Shown here: positions 25,455 through 40,100 of the stretch, one piece after another
Numbering within the stretch: the stretch's first letter is position 1
Layout: each line of letters begins with the position of its first letter
Source of the DNA: Gnetum montanum
Taxonomy: Eukaryota; Plantae; Gnetophyta
Length of the DNA stretch: 64,000 bases
Reading direction: 5' to 3'
Assembly: GCA_015680685.1 (NCBI GenBank)
Contig: MNCI01003186.1
Location: forward strand, 1,143,570-1,207,569
Notes under the pieces: model-generated
Databases searched by the model: none
Seen by the model: the letters and a program-made list of their open reading frames with translations, nothing else
What the model was told of the DNA's origin: nothing
Program-made: the position numbers and the translations under genes

Positions 25455-26800
25455 ATTAGATGAAGGGGGAGGAGGCCCCCAACTTGTCAATAAAATCAAT
25501 GTTATCAAAAGATATTATCTTCATTTCTTAACCAATAGTTGCAAACGAATTATTAGGAGTTAAAATATTTTGAACATGTTATCCATTTTAAAGATTTGAC
25601 ATGCAATCGCCAATAAATAGACTTTTTCAATATTTTTTTATTATGAAGAATCATTTGGAAAACATTTGAATCAATAAGAAGTTTCTATGAGATTTTAGGA
25701 ACAACTATTTGTTTCTCCTTACTCATTAAAGAATTATTTGTAATTGATTTAACTAGAACATTTCTCAAAGCTACATTTTGTTGAATAATAGTAAAAGAAA
25801 AGTGTGGGCCAATTGTTGAAGCGTCAGTAAAAGAAATTATAACAAAATCTATATCATTTGTAGAAAAAACCTCAATAGCATCTACAACATTTGTAAAAGA
25901 GACTTTATTAGTGTTTGTAGTAGCTTGGTGTTGACATAATTGCATAACTATTTTTCATAGCATAAAATGACACAAATCAAACATATGACCCTTTACATGA
26001 CAATCGTAACATGACTTTGAAAGATTGTAACAAACAACCTTCTACACATAATCAACTTTTCTAGCATGGAAAAGAATTTCTTGCTTTAGAAAATTAAGAT
26101 TCACTTCAATCATAAATTGTTTTTTTAAAAAACCACAAGTTTTAGGTAGGATTTCAAAATGTTTATTGGCTCAATTTGAGAAATAACATCCCTTTCAACA
26201 TTTTTTTAGAAATCAATGGAAGATTTGACAATTGAACAAAACAAGGAATCATTTGAAATATAGGAGATGATAAATTAAAAGAGAAATCCAACTTTTAAAT
26301 AATTACTAGAGCATGATAATGATTATAAACATTAATATCAAGGACCTTAAAAACCATTGTTGAATCAAGAAATTCTACCAACAGTATCAAGTTTGAAAGA
26401 TAACATGCATATATAGCATCAAATACTTGATCTTTTCAAACCATATTTAAATGACTCAAAAAACTTGAGGAACAAGATAAATAAACCTAGAATTTTCATG
26501 AAGACATACCTTTTATACATTCCCTAAGTAATATATTCATATAAATCATCAAGAAACTTGTAGAATGACAAAGAAGCAATGGATTTGTTTGAATAATCAG
26601 CTACTAAATCTACTAATAGATTCATTAAAGAAATATTAGATCTAATAAAAAATTAGATTTACTTGAGTTAACCATTGGAACCACCTATTGTTGGCTACAT
26701 TTACATTACTTTCAATATCTATCCTTGAACTTAAAATAGCAGAAGGATTTCATATAATTATAGAAAATTGTTGGATGTTGAATCCAAAAAAATGAATAAT
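25455..26800 (-). mobile_element. Highly degenerate L1-like LINE remnant (25455-25945 duplicated at 54898-55381)
   Basis: The minus frame near 26110-25965 reads KVVCYNLSKSCYDCHVKGHMFDLC, an L1 ORF1 CCHC knuckle. MKIISF near 25525 resembles an L1 endonuclease start. Confidence 0.55.
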
Positions 26801-26867
26801 AATATTTTAAAAATCTAGAGTACATAAAATCAATAAAAAGTGAGTTCAAATCCTAATAACAATGAGA

Positions 26868-27005
26868 TGTTAGCCTAGCAATACCAGCCTTAACCTAGTA
26901 ACCCTAGGTCATAGATTTGATTTTGGTAAATAGCACTAAGTTATAAACTTTTATAAATATTGGGGTGTACGTATGTTTCAATTATTTTGTGTTTGAACAT
27001 CCCCT
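26868..27005 (+). mobile_element. tRNA-derived SINE copy (degenerate)
   Basis: Starts TGTTAGCCTAG...AGGTCATAGATTTGATT and carries the family tail TTGGGGTGTACGTATGTTTCAATTA. Confidence 0.5.
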
Positions 27006-27590
27006 CCTAAAGAAAAATTCTAATAGTTTTGGGAATTTCTTTTTAGGTTTTCATCTTTACAACCAATTTTTTTTTGAAAAAAACATCTCTTTAAGGGAGG
27101 AAAAGGATTAGGCATTACCTTTGATTAAAGGAATCATCATAGGTTTTCACTTCTTAGTAAGCAATTTTTTTGTAAATAGAAAGAGAAACTCTCTTTAAAC
27201 ATAAAAGAACATATCAATAAAAAATAATGAATAAATAGATATAGAAGTTGAAAGCTTCCCATCATTAAGTCTCTAAAATAAAATAACTTAATACATTAGA
27301 AAATAAAGTAATTGTTTAGCTTTCACTTGGAGCCTTTTTACTTGAGGTTATAACTAAAAAGTGACATCCTTAAGAATCTAATATTTAACTCTTGAAGAGA
27401 GATCATAATTATGCTCTTGCTACTCTAAAATTACTATACATTAAAGCTTCCAAATAGCATAGAGAATAAGTGATTGAAGACATTTCTAAATGCAAAGAAA
27501 TAAAGTAGATAAAGCAAGTTAGTCATCAAGAATGATTTCATTAATACTTAGTTGAAAGTTGTTACAAATTTTGAATGTCCATTTTCAAAA

Positions 27591-28326
27591 TGATGAGTTT
27601 TGGATGGTTCTATCGATGAGGCCACGTTGACTAGGCCCCATCAATGTAGGATTTGTTCTTACTTATAAATACACACTCATGAGCTACATTTAAGGGAATA
27701 TATTGATAGCATTAGTAGAGCTATTGTAGTTTTTTAATTTAAAAGTTAGAATATTTCCCAAGTGCTTGCAATAGAAGTCATTAAGTGTACAAATCTTTAT
27801 TTGAGCATTATTATACCTAAGCACGATAGTGTGTACGGCAATAAAGATTAGCTTCTTGATAAACCTTATAGCATTCTGGATAGTTTAGCTATTTTATTTG
27901 TGTATTTAATTTTTTTAGATATTTATTTAATATTTTCCATTAATTAAGCTAATTATGAAAGCTAAGTTAGATAGATTAAATACATAAGTATGATTACTTC
28001 AAGCATAACACATATTCACTTGGTAATCCTAGTAGCATTATTGCTTGGTACACCTAGTAGCATAGTGCTTGGTAACCTAGCAGTGGATATGTGGGTTTAG
28101 GAAATGTATAGAAAGTGAGACTAAATGCTTATGCTAGGATTAGTTAGAGATCAATTAGTTAGTTAAATCAAATTAATCATTAAATTACTTTTTCTCTCTC
28201 TTCAAGCTCCAAAGAACATAAAACATAAAATGGTAAAAATCATATGCCTCAATTATACTTAACCAAAACTTTATACGGAAGACAACAAACAATCTTTAGG
28301 TTCAGTTTCACTTCCTATAAGACTAG
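27591..28326 (+). mobile_element. Older Athila-family LTR split by element D (continues at about 35325-35405)
   Basis: It shares CTTTATT(T/C)GAGCA...GTGTACGGCAATAAAGA...GATAAACCTT and ACATAAAACATAAAA with the D LTRs. 35350-35403 resembles the D LTR 3' end. Confidence 0.65.
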
Positions 28327-31300
28327 TGATGGGACACAATATCACATGGGCCACGATATCGTGTACGCAATATCATGTACGCGATATCGCATCTTCCCCT
28401 GTGATATTGCGTATGCAATATCACGGTGTGCCATCATATTTATAAATAAGAGGTGGCTCTCCCTTATTTCATCATCCTAGGTTAGACAGTAAGGAAACTC
28501 TGGTAGATTGATCACTCCAAAGGTAGAATATTTTCCATGTGCTAGCAGTAGGAGTCCCAAAGTGAATGGATCTTTATTCGAGCAAACATTGTACCTGAAC
28601 ACAAGTTTGTGTACGGCAATAAAGACGAGCTTTTTGGATAAACCTTGCAACACATGGAATAGGATTTTATTACTATTATTTATTACTTGTTATTTACTAT
28701 TTTCCTTCTTAACCCTTTTATCCTTGTTAAGTGCCTTAGTACGATCACTTCGAGCACGTGCGTTACGCGTGGTAATCCCAGCAACGATTAGCATTTGGTA
28801 GCCACGGTTGCATCGGTTCAGGGTGTGTACGGGAAGTGGGAATTGATGCTGATGCTAGGTAATTTAGACTTAGTTCAGTATTTAGAGTTAGTAATTAGTC
28901 TTCTCAACCCTTCACCTTGTTATCATAGGAGACATAAAACATAAAAAGATATAAAAATCATATACCTCAGACCTACTTAACCATACATCGTGACAACTAA
29001 AAGTAACTCTGGGAAGACAACAAATGATTAACCCTAAGTGTTCCATGGGGTGTGTAGGCACTTAGTCTGTGGAGTTTGACCGGATCGCACGTGCTACCCT
29101 CGTATTCATATGGTTGAGTGTAGGGGTATCTTGCCACTCATCATTGGTGCCGTTGTCGGGGACTAAGTGGTTGTGCACTAAGTAGAACATAGGATATCAC
29201 TCACATCGTTGGGACCTTAAAAGAACCTTTAGGTTAATTAAAATAAAAATTATATAATGGTAATTAGCACACTGATAAATAACAATGTCTTCTTCTAGCA
29301 AAAGCAATTCACCACCTAAGGACCATACAAAAAATAGTTGGCAATCAAAAACACATAACCTAAATCTGCCAATTCCTCAACAATATAGGGTGGTATATAC
29401 TCATCCCGATGAGTATATACCTAACTTTACTTTTATCCTCCATCAAGATGAACAGATGCGTTGGAGAGAGTTACAAGGTAACATCGTGTTACCTCCAGAT
29501 CGATCAGTCCCAAACATGCTTCTCCATGCTTTGGCACAGATTGGCATGACAGAACTATATGTTGAATACATTATGGGTGATTTTGACATGAGGGATTACC
29601 ATCTCATAGCTTTAAAACGTATGAGGGACTCAAGGTAGGAGAGCTAACATAAATTGTTGAAGGGCAAAGAGGTCCCATACGTCGTAAGTGAAATTGGAGA
29701 TGTTCCCCCTCCTAATGATAGTGAGGAGGTTGGGTATCAAAACCTATGCCCCATGATACATAACATTGGTTCTGATGCCCATGAACGCCAACTGTTCACT
29801 GAGGGAACTATAACACATGACAAGTACGAGCACTTAGATCGTCATCACGAATGGGGCCGAAGCAGCTGCAGAGAAGGCAAGAAACATTGTCATGGTGATG
29901 GTTCTCCTTCTTCTTCCCCTTCTTCACATCATTCACCCTCTCCTTCCACATCTGGGCCCAGCCATTACGAGCATAACGGTGAGGATAGAGATAGACAAAA
30001 TGAGAAACCTCGACGAGAGAGTCAAGAGAGAGGACAAGGGCATGAATGAAGGGAAAGTAGGGAACAACGGAGACATCATAGGCATCATGAAAGAGATGAT
30101 CATGATGAGCCCCTACTTGCAACCCAAAGTATGCTAGATATCATAGAGGCTATAAGAATACCAACAAGGCATTTAAAATATAGTCGGATCAAATGCTTAG
30201 ACATGAAGAATATCCCACACTTCGAAGGGGGATATAATGCAAATCCGCAACATCATTTACAGGCATTCCATGATGCTTGCACCTTGCAAAACATAGAGAA
30301 TGAGTGGCAAAAACTTAAGTTATTTTCTAGGACACTCATTAAGGAAGCAGAGAGTTGTTACTGGTCCTTAGAGCTAGAAACCATCAAGAGGTGGAGTACG
30401 ATGTTAGAACTCTTCAATGATAAGTATCAAACATACTCTAGAGTGTCTAATTTACGTAAGCAGATCCAAGGATGGAAGCAAGGAACTCATGAACCCTTGG
30501 ATGTTGCCATGGGCCACTACTACACATTGTTACGTCATTGCCTAGGCCATGGTTATGCATAGTAAGATTAACTGCGCCATATCATAGATGGGCTATGACA
30601 TGAGACTAGAAGAACCCTTGGGACTTATGCCCAAGGGAGACTATCAGAACTTAGAGCCCATGAAGTTCATCACTTGTTGGAACAAGTAGCAAAAGAAAAA
30701 GGTGAACTACAAAAATGAGAAAGTGTAGAAGAATACAACCATGATCCCTCTATTCAAAAGAAGGGAGTGAGATTTTGTGATGAGGAGGATAAGTCACCAC
30801 TTGAAGAGTTGGTGAACAGAAAAACCTTGCTAATCCAAAAGCTAACAATAGAAGTATCAGCTAAGATGGATCAATTGTGGGATTCCTTAGACTCTAGACT
30901 TGAAAGTGTCTTGAAAATCGTAGAAGAGTCTAATGAGGAACAAAGTAGTGAAAAGAACAAGAAAAAGCAGAGAGATTCAAGCCCTGCACATAACAAGGGT
31001 AAGGAAAAAATTACTATCTCTAATGAAGTTGTGGATTCAGACACAGACGATGACAGTGGATGTGAGATCTACCACTATGACCATCCTAAGGATGTTGTCC
31101 AATCATCTCACATCTACAAGAGTTTGGGGTGTATGCACTTAACCCGAGACTCAACCTACAGTAGACACCCTGAAGGTTACCTTATCCTCAAGGTAACCCA
31201 AGGCAATTCCACCAACCACTAACGTATTAACAAAGTGGAACTCCACCACAACCCATCGGATAGCATCAATAGTGGAAATACCCATAGTCATGGGGGATGC

Positions 31301-34300
31301 CACCACCAACACAATAGTACCCTTATCAAAAACCTGATCCTTATGGCTATTATGTTCAGCAGCCAATTTCTCCAAGTGACTCTATGGGTCACAAAACTCC
31401 CAAACATCACTACCAAGTTCAGGAGTACTTTAGGAGGACTTCTTCTCCTCCGGGAGGCACCCCACATACTTACCATCCTCCAACTCCATCCGCTATTCCA
31501 CCAGTAGTTCCCATAACACCTCCTACTCCAACAATGCAAGGTGAACTCCCTACTCAACTGCAGCAACGTAATGCTGCAAGAGCTGTAAATATTCAACCTA
31601 CTACTGGTTCTGACAACTATAAAAAGAAAAGATCTTTCTTTAGAATCAAAAGCCCAGACAAACTCTCACAACAACAAGCGGTTGAACCCATGTACACTCC
31701 TCCACCATCTAAAACTTCGGAGCACCCTACAGTCCAACAGAGCTGTATGCATATAGTTATGTTAACACATACCATAACAAACTGGATCAAGGTAGGCCAT
31801 CTTCCCAGGAAATTAACTGATCCTGGAAGCCCCTTAATCTATTTAAAAATCACTAGGAACAAACCAATAAGGCTCTTCTTCACTCAAGTTCCGTAGTTAA
31901 TTTAATATCACGAGAAATGTATCAAGCCATGAACCTACCCCAACTTAAGAAGAGAAACATTCAACTAGAGTTGGCTAACTAGTCCATCACCATTCCCTTG
32001 GGATTGGTGGAGGACATTTTTACCACTGTGTGTGGTTGATATTACCCAACTAATTTCCTGGTGATTGAAGTTAACAACAACGAAGGGGACTTCCCAATTA
32101 TAATGGGAAGGCCATGGCTGAGTACAGTAGATGTGTACCTAGGGATCCATGATCTTTTCTTCTAGATATCTAAGATAAACATTTATGGAAAGATCGAGAA
32201 GAAGAAATTTTCATGCATCACATACAGTGACTCAGAGGGTGATGACATGGAAGAATGTTCAGTATTTCTTCCATGTAATTAGTGTGCCCAAGAAACACAA
32301 ATCCAAAGGTGCCTATATGTAGAAACCACACCAGTAGTAGACATCCCATGGTTGATAGCTACTAGAAAAAGCAACCTAATATGCATGGAATGAACTGAGG
32401 AAACAACTCATGCTAACAATGAAGGCATAGACACATTGGAATGTGAGCATCGTCAACTTCCATCCCTTAATCTAAGAACATCAACCAGGAGAAGTTGGGC
32501 ACTTTTACGAGATGGCCACCTATACTTATCATTGGAGGCCCTCAGTTCTTTTTAGTTTTTGATTTACACATTTTTGTTTTACACTTTTTTGTTTTACTAG
32601 TTTTTTTTACACATTTTTGTTTTACACATTTTTGCTTTGCAAATTTCTTTAAATTTTCTTATTTTTTTACAACATCATTACACTTTTCCATTTTGTGTGT
32701 GTGTTTGTGTATGTGTGTTAACCATCCTGTAAGTTTTTCACCCAATAAATGTTCTTCCCGATGGTATGAATTACTTTTCATTGATTGCTAATGTTTGATT
32801 TTTACATTTAATTCATGATGTTGATACTAAGGTATGTTCTTTTGATATGGCAGGCAATGAGTCCACTTCATCCATCCATCCACTAGTTTCTATGGTCTCT
32901 CTTGTCTTGGAAATGTATAGTCCCTTTCTAATAAGAACTTTAACGAACCAGTGAGTGGGCACTTCTTAAACTAAGGAAGGACTCAAGGTTCAAAAAGGGT
33001 GTGAATTCAAGGAAACTTGATGCTTTTGTGTTGGCCATTCTCTTGGGTGCTTGGATGTTTTCTTCTTGAGTTTTCTTACCATTCCGATGTTACCCAATTA
33101 TCAGAAGCTAAGTCAATAAAAATAAGAAGTCTTTGCATGGTGTGGTTCTCATGCATAAAAATACAAAACATAAAAAAAATAGTGGGAATTCAAAGCACAT
33201 CCCTTAGACAAAATAATCCCTTAGGCTACAAGCACTGGTTATGGAACTAAAACTATTCCCTCTAACTAAGGCCCTTCTCGCTTCCCATTCTCTCCTTATT
33301 TGTTGCGTCGGAATGGTGGTGGCTCTTGGATATGGCATTCTTGTTATTCAAGAGGATGGTTTGGCCGAATGCATTGATGTGAAGTCACTGGATGTGGTTT
33401 TTTTGAGGCCAAAGTCAGAATGAGATTTACCAAGTCACATTAATCATGAAATACAAAAGAGGCTATAGACCACCTTGTTCTTGAGATTCCATTCCATTCC
33501 CTTCTCTCCATCCTTCTCTCCATTGTTCACCTCATTGTTGGTTGTATCATTAGTGTATATTTTGGTTGATGCATTATTTTCTTTTAGGTAAATTCTTGTA
33601 GTTAAGACTTTAACTCTTGTTCCAAATGACATTCCTAGAGCCTACAGACTCTTTGAATGTGGGTTTGTCAGGGCATTAAGGGCATGAGCCTGCTTTGGGG
33701 AGGACCCACTGACATTCCTATTTGGTGAACTAGTTAAATTCTTTCCCTTAACATTTTTGAAATCCATTTTATTCTGTTCATTTCCATCTTGACATCCATT
33801 TCATTGATGTCATAGTTTTTCCTTTTTATCTATCTTTATTATTCCTTTTCTTTCTCCATTCTAATGCTACTGAAGGTTTGCGATTAGTCATGGGGGTACA
33901 GGGCCAGATTTTTTTGATTTTCTCCTAGCCCCAACTTTTTTTATTTTTTCCTCACCCCTACACCTTCGATAGTCATCATTAATATATCTCCAGATCCGTA
34001 TCAGCCATACCACAACTCAGCCAATGGACTTTCACAGCAGCAAGTTATTAACTACATTGACATTCATTTACCCTTGCTAATATAGGATTTTGTTGTGTGT
34101 GTAGATGGAAATAATGCAACAATGGATTGGATCTAGAAGGAACACTTAGAATGGCACAGTGCTAGAAGTAGTTATCCAAGGAGCAAGATCAATGGGATGC
34201 TTACGGATGGACAAAGAAAGGCGTAATCTTGGTGTTGGTAGTAGCAACACTTCTTTCTCTCTTTTTCTTTCTTAGTTGCCAACTAAGGCCTGATGTCAAT

Positions 34301-35319
34301 GTAATAAGGTGTTCACCCTTGTTGTTTTGAACACCAGTTTTTTTATGTCTTGTAATGATGATCCATTCACATGTCATCCCATTAGTTCCATTTGAGTCAA
34401 TAATCCCATACCTTCCCGATATTATTGTAAGGAACTCGAGGATGAGTTTTCATTCAATCATGGGGGTATGATGGAATGTGATATTGCATGGGCCATGATA
34501 TCGTGTATGTGATATCACATCCGACGTGATATCACATCCACCGTGATATCGCGTCTTCCCCTGCGATATCACATATGTGATATCGTGGTGTGCCATCATA
34601 TCTATAAATAAGAGGTGGCTCTCCCTTATTTCATCATCCTAGGCTAGACAGTAGGGAAACTCTGGCAGATTGATCACTCCAGAGACAGAATATTTTCCAT
34701 GTGCCCATAGTAGGAGTCCCAAAGTGAATGGATCTTTATTCAAGCAAATATTGTACCTGAACACAAGTTTGTGTATGCCAATAAAGACGAGCTTTTCAGA
34801 TAAACCTTGCAGTGCATGGAATAGGATTTTATTACTATTATTTATTACCTTTTATTTATTACATGTTATTTACTATTTTCCTTCTCAACCCTTTCCTCCT
34901 AGTTAAGTGCCTCAGTATGACTGCTTAGATCATGTGCGTTACGCGTGGTGATCCCAGCAATAATTAGCGTTTGGTAGCCACAGTTGCATCGGTTCAAGGT
35001 GTGTATGGTAAGTGGGAATGGATGTTGATGCTAGGTAGTTTAGACTTAGTTTAGTAGTTAGAGTTAGTAATTAGTCTTCTCAACCCTTCACCTTGTTAGC
35101 ATAGGAGACATAAAACATAAAAAGATATAAAAATCATATACCTTGGACCTACTTAACCATACACCGTGACAACTACAAGTAAGTCTGGGAAGACAATGAA
35201 TGATTAACCCTAAGTGTTCCATGGGGTGTGTAGGCACTTAGTCTATGGAGTTCGATCGGATCGCACATGCTACAGTCGTATTCGTATGGTTGAGTGTAGG
35301 GGTATCTCGCCACTCATCA
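28327..35319 (+). mobile_element. Full-length non-autonomous Athila-like Ty3/gypsy element D
   Basis: TSD ACTAG at 28322-26 and 35320-24. LTRs are 28327-29143 and 34469-35319 (TGATG...CATCA). PBS TGGTGCCGTTGTCGGGGA at 29145-29162 (tRNA-Asp type, as in Athila). A short PPT, TGGGGGTA, follows CTCGAGGA. It encodes gag and protease only. Confidence 0.93.
29285..32130 (+). pseudogene. Fragmented gag-protease of element D
   Basis: ORF 30131..30562 (IPHFEG...NPQHHLQAF...LKLFSRTL) is a retrotransposon gag domain. LPRKLTDPGSP...ELAN*SITIPLGLVED...FPIIMGRPWL at 31800-32120 is an Athila-type protease. Confidence 0.85.
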
Positions 35320-35401
35320 ACTAGTGTATCAAAAACTATAGAGTCCAAAAAATTCAACTAGATCATGTGTGAGCTCTCTATGATTCATATGCTTGGGTGT
35401 A

Positions 35402-37110
35402 TGGTAGAGCCTAGGTTGGCAGAACAGACCCTTGTGACCAACTATTGGCCAAATAGATCCTCAAGACCAATTGTTAACCATACAAACCCTTCGGACCAAG
35501 GGTTGGCCCAATAGACCCTAGAGAGCAATATTCACCAAACATACCTTTAGCACTATGTGTTAGCCAAATAGATCCTTGAGACCAACTATATGCCAAATCG
35601 GCCCTTAGGACCAAATGTTGTCCAAACAGACCCTCAAGACTAGTTGTAGGCAAAATAGACCCTCGAGACCAAATGTTACCCAACTGGATCATTAGGACCA
35701 AGGGTCACCTAAACAGACCCTTGGTACCAAGTGTTGGGCAAACGAACCCTTAGTACCAAGTTTATAAGGGTGTAGGATAGTATGGTGGAGCCTAGGTTGG
35801 CCAAATGGACCCTTGATTCTAGCTATTGGCTAAAGAAATCCTCAAGACCAAAGGCTGGCCCAAGAGATCATCCAGACAAAGTGTTGGGCAAATAGACCTA
35901 GAGGGCTAAGTTTTGGTCAAATGGATCCTCGGGATCAACTATTCATCAAACAGGCCCTCAACACTCAAGGTTGTTCTAACGGACCCTCAAAACCAAGTGT
36001 TTTTCAAGCAGAGCCTTGGGACTAGCTGTAGGAAAAATGGACCCTTGGGATCAAATGTTTCACAAATGGATCCTTAGGATCAATGGTTGATCTAATGAAC
36101 CCTCTAGACAAAGTGTTGATCACACAGACCCTTGGGACCAAATGTTGTCCAAACAAGTCCTTGGGACCAAGGGTTGTCATCCAACAGATCCTCTAGACAA
36201 ACTGTTGGCCACATGGGCACTTGTTATCAAGGGTTGGCCCAACGAACCCTCAATAATAACTATTGGCCAAATGGACCCTCAAGGTTGACTATAGGCAAAA
36301 TGGACCCTCAAGGTTGACTGTAGGAAAAATGGACCCTTCGGACCAAGGGTTTCTCCAACGGACACTCGGGATCAACCATTTTCCAAATAGACCCACAAGA
36401 TCAACCGTAGGCAAAATAGACCCTGAAGACCAACCAAGTACTAGCCCCATGATCCCTTGTGACAAAGGTTTGGTCCAACAGACCCTTAATACCAAGTGTT
36501 GGGAAAATGAACCAAGGGTTGGCCTCATAGATCCTTGGGACCAACTATAGGCAAAATGGATCCTCAAGACCAATTGTTGCTCAAACAAACCCTTTGGTCA
36601 AAATTTACAAGGATGCAAGATAATATGGTGGAGTCTAGATTGGAAAATTGAACCCTTAGGCCCAACTATTAAGTAGATGGACCCTCAGGACCAATTGTTG
36701 GCTAGATGAACCATCGAGATGAAGGGTTGGCCGAACAGACCCTTGAGAGAAACTATTCACTGAACAAACCCTCAAAACCTAGGAATGGCTAAATAGACCC
36801 TCAAGACCCCAAGTGTTTACCAAAATAACCCTTAGGACTAATTGTAGGCAAAATGGACCTTGGGAAGCAAGTGTTGGCAACATGGACCCCTGGGATTGAG
36901 TATTGTTGAAATGGATCCTCATGACCAAGAATTTTCCAGATAGATCCTTGGGATCAAATGTTGGAAAAATGAACCCTCAAGACCAAAGGTTGATCCAACA
37001 AACCCACTAGACAAAGGGTTGGCCACATAGATCCTTGGGACCAAATGTTGGCAAAAGGAATCCTCAAGACCAGTTGTATGTAAAATAGATGCTTGGGAGC
37101 TTAGGATCAA
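35402..37110. repeat. About 1.7-kb array of 28-29-bp units (GACCAAGGGTTGGCCAAACAGACCCT-like) with higher-order blocks
   Basis: GACC/GATC recurs at 35427, 35456, 35485 and 35514. A block header, TGGT(A/G)GAG(C/T)CTAG, occurs at about 35402, 35783 and 36626. Confidence 0.9.
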
Positions 37111-37114
37111 CTAT

Positions 37115-40100
37115 AGAAGTCTATGTCATGGCTAGAAAATTTATGGTAATGGTAGAACCAATCAACCTTGAAATTTTTGGGGACTAGAGGCTTGTTTGGT
37201 ATGGCTACTAATGGGTTTTTGCGAAGCTCAATGTAGTGGTCATGATGCTTGTAAGCATCTTCACACATTTGCGTATACTAGATGCACCTAGCATTAAGTA
37301 GCTAACCTAAGAGATCTAATGGCTTGATGGGAAAAGATCTATACTTTAATCTATTCTTGCCCTCAGAGTTAGGCCTTGGGGTAGGTTGCTTCATGGCTAC
37401 CAATGGTGCAAACTGGTTGGTTGCTGCAGTGCCAGAGCTAGATGCCTTATTGTTGGCTAGGGCCTTGGGTGCCTTGGCCATTGGTTTGGCATTGTTTGGC
37501 TTCACCTCATTGGTCACTATTGCAATAGTTGTGGTTGCCTTACCCTTTTCCTTATCCTTCTTTGCATGAACATTTTTGTAGACCACATAGGCTAGGTCTT
37601 TACTAGCCTCTGTTGCATCCTAAATGCTCTTTGTTTGAGCAAATACTTAGCTTAGGGAGTGTGGGGCAAGGTAGTACAACTTTGAATTGATGAATTCATT
37701 CACTACACCTTTGAAAATGGTTAATAGGTTGGTTTCTAGAATGGGCTCATGAATTTCATTAAGTGTAGTGCTCTAATACTAGATGAATTTTTTCACAGGC
37801 TCTAAGTGGCCTTGTTTGATTTACATTGGTTGATCCATGATCATCTTGGGCTTTAGGTTGTACTTGAAGTGAGTGATGAATTGATTGACCAATTCTTCCA
37901 AGGAAGATATGGAGGCCCTAGGGCGTATGCCATACTAGTCTAGTGACTTATTGATCAGTGACATGACAAACACATGGATGATTACATGTAGTCATGCCTA
38001 CAATAGAAGGCATTCAGAATGGAAGATCACTAGATGGGTGTTAGGATCTCCTTCATCATTATATTTAGTGAACTAGGAAAGTTGAACTCCAGGAGTTAGG
38101 GTCAGTGATGTAATTGTAGGACTAATTGGATCATCTTGATAAAATTTCATCATGTGGACCATTTTGGAGGAAGAGGCTTTGAGTTGCTTAACCTCCTTGA
38201 TGAGTGTCTAAATGAGTTGGAAGGCTTGGTCCAAGCTTGGGGTGGTTGTAGTGGGTTGCATTAGTTGTGTTGCCCACTATGCTACTTGAGTGACCCATAG
38301 CCCCATAGTGGGCTACGTGACCACATGAGATGCCTATTACATATGTTGTTGCACATACTATTGTGTAGGCTACACCATGGGAATAGAGGTTGGGGCCTAC
38401 CATGTAGTCATGGCTTGCACCATTGTAAGGGATGTCAATGGGATAGGTAGAATGTACGATGCATAAGCCTGTGCCAACTAGGATATCTACACAGTGTGCA
38501 TGTAAGGTTGCTTGGGAGTGATGGATGCCAGTAGGAAGGATTGCATAGATTGTGTGAACATCATGAAGGGGAGGATGGAAAATGGTCCTACACCCTAATG
38601 CATGTGATGTACAAAGGTTGGGATGATAGATGATCTTGCATCCTGACATGCATACACTTCATAACTTGCCATCATAGGGGTTAACCTAGGAGGTAACAAA
38701 GAAAATGTAACCACCTAACAAAAGGCAGATGGTTGGGACTATGGAGGGATGAAACTAGAGGTAGCCTGTTGGAAGGAGGTGTAAAAGGGGTTTTCATTCT
38801 CTAAACAAACCTCAAACTCATTCTGCCCATCCTGCAAGTGCTCCTTGTAGTTGGTTGCTACATCATGCTCATTTGAGCCACCTAGTCAAATGAGTTGGTT
38901 GAGCAGCCATCGAAAGGTCTCGGTGATTACAATGAAATTGTTAGGGGTACGGAAGTACTTCCTCCCATTCTGATGTATGATTTTGTGACCTCATTTGGCA
39001 TCCATTCCATGGTGGTCTAAAGATAGATCCACTTGGACCTTTGTGCAAAAGAAGTTATATTTTTCATCATTGAGTACCATATACTCAAGAGGTTAATTGC
39101 ATATTCTGAGCGATTGCCTCTCCACCAAGGTAGATCCTCTAACCCTAGGAAGATCAATTATGATTTCCCACTGAACAGGTCAAACAACAACTATCCTTAG
39201 GGTAGAGGTCAAGGGCTTTTTCGGATTCATGATGCTATGCGGAAAATGTAAAATTTGCAAATGCTAAAAAAAATTAACTAAGTATAGAAATGCTAAAAAA
39301 TGGCTAAGTAAGAAGATGCTGAAAATGCTAAAAAATGACTAAGTCTAAAAATGCTGCTAAAAAAATAACTCTAGTGTGCTACACTTGCTACATTGAGGCC
39401 TGCTACGCTTTCATGCTAAGAGCCGTCTATGCTCCTTCTAGAACATAGAGTTTTGGCTAAGTGTCAAAGATACACTTTGGCTTTCATCCAATAGGGTTCC
39501 AAGAAAACTGACAACTAAGCTCAATCTACACCAATTGACTTGTAGATAACTCTTGAACTAGCCTATAATCTAGCTACTACTATGGCAGGTCCACAAGGGT
39601 GTCAAGTCTATGCAAGCCTGAAGCTAGTAATAGAGGTGTAGAGAGCACGTGCAACTACCACTAAACACAGAAGGAAATGGAACAGGCTTCCTTCTAACAC
39701 TAAAAAACTATAGCAATCAAAAACATTAATGGCTAGAATAGTTACGCTAAGGGGTCCACAGCTGCGATACAATTCTAATCCCAACCCCAATTTGAAGGGT
39801 CATCACTTAAGAGGAAAAATGGAGATAGAGTACTCAAGACGGTCTTGTTGATTGAACTAGTACTTATGGAGTATTTCAAAGAACAAGTGCTAGGGGTTCA
39901 CATGGTGTTTTCAGTGGTACTAGGGCTAACTAAGCCTGAGCATAGTAGGGTTTCCTAGTGTGAGACCAATAATCCAAATGTACAAATATGTGCAAAATAG
40001 TAAAAGAAATATGAGTGCAATGCTAAATGCCAAAGAAAATACTTAAAAATGCAAAGGATTTTGAGAGAGGAAGAATGGCACCACCCCATATGGGGGAAGT

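Noticed and set aside
32495-34430. env-like ORF in Athila element D
   Set aside because: Only short ORFs from T-rich low-complexity sequence are present, and no env-like frame could be reconstructed by eye.
35402-37110. CRISPR-like appearance of the 29-bp repeats (also the 18-23-bp arrays)
   Set aside because: The units are head-to-tail with no unique spacers, there are no cas genes, and the context is eukaryotic retroelement DNA.
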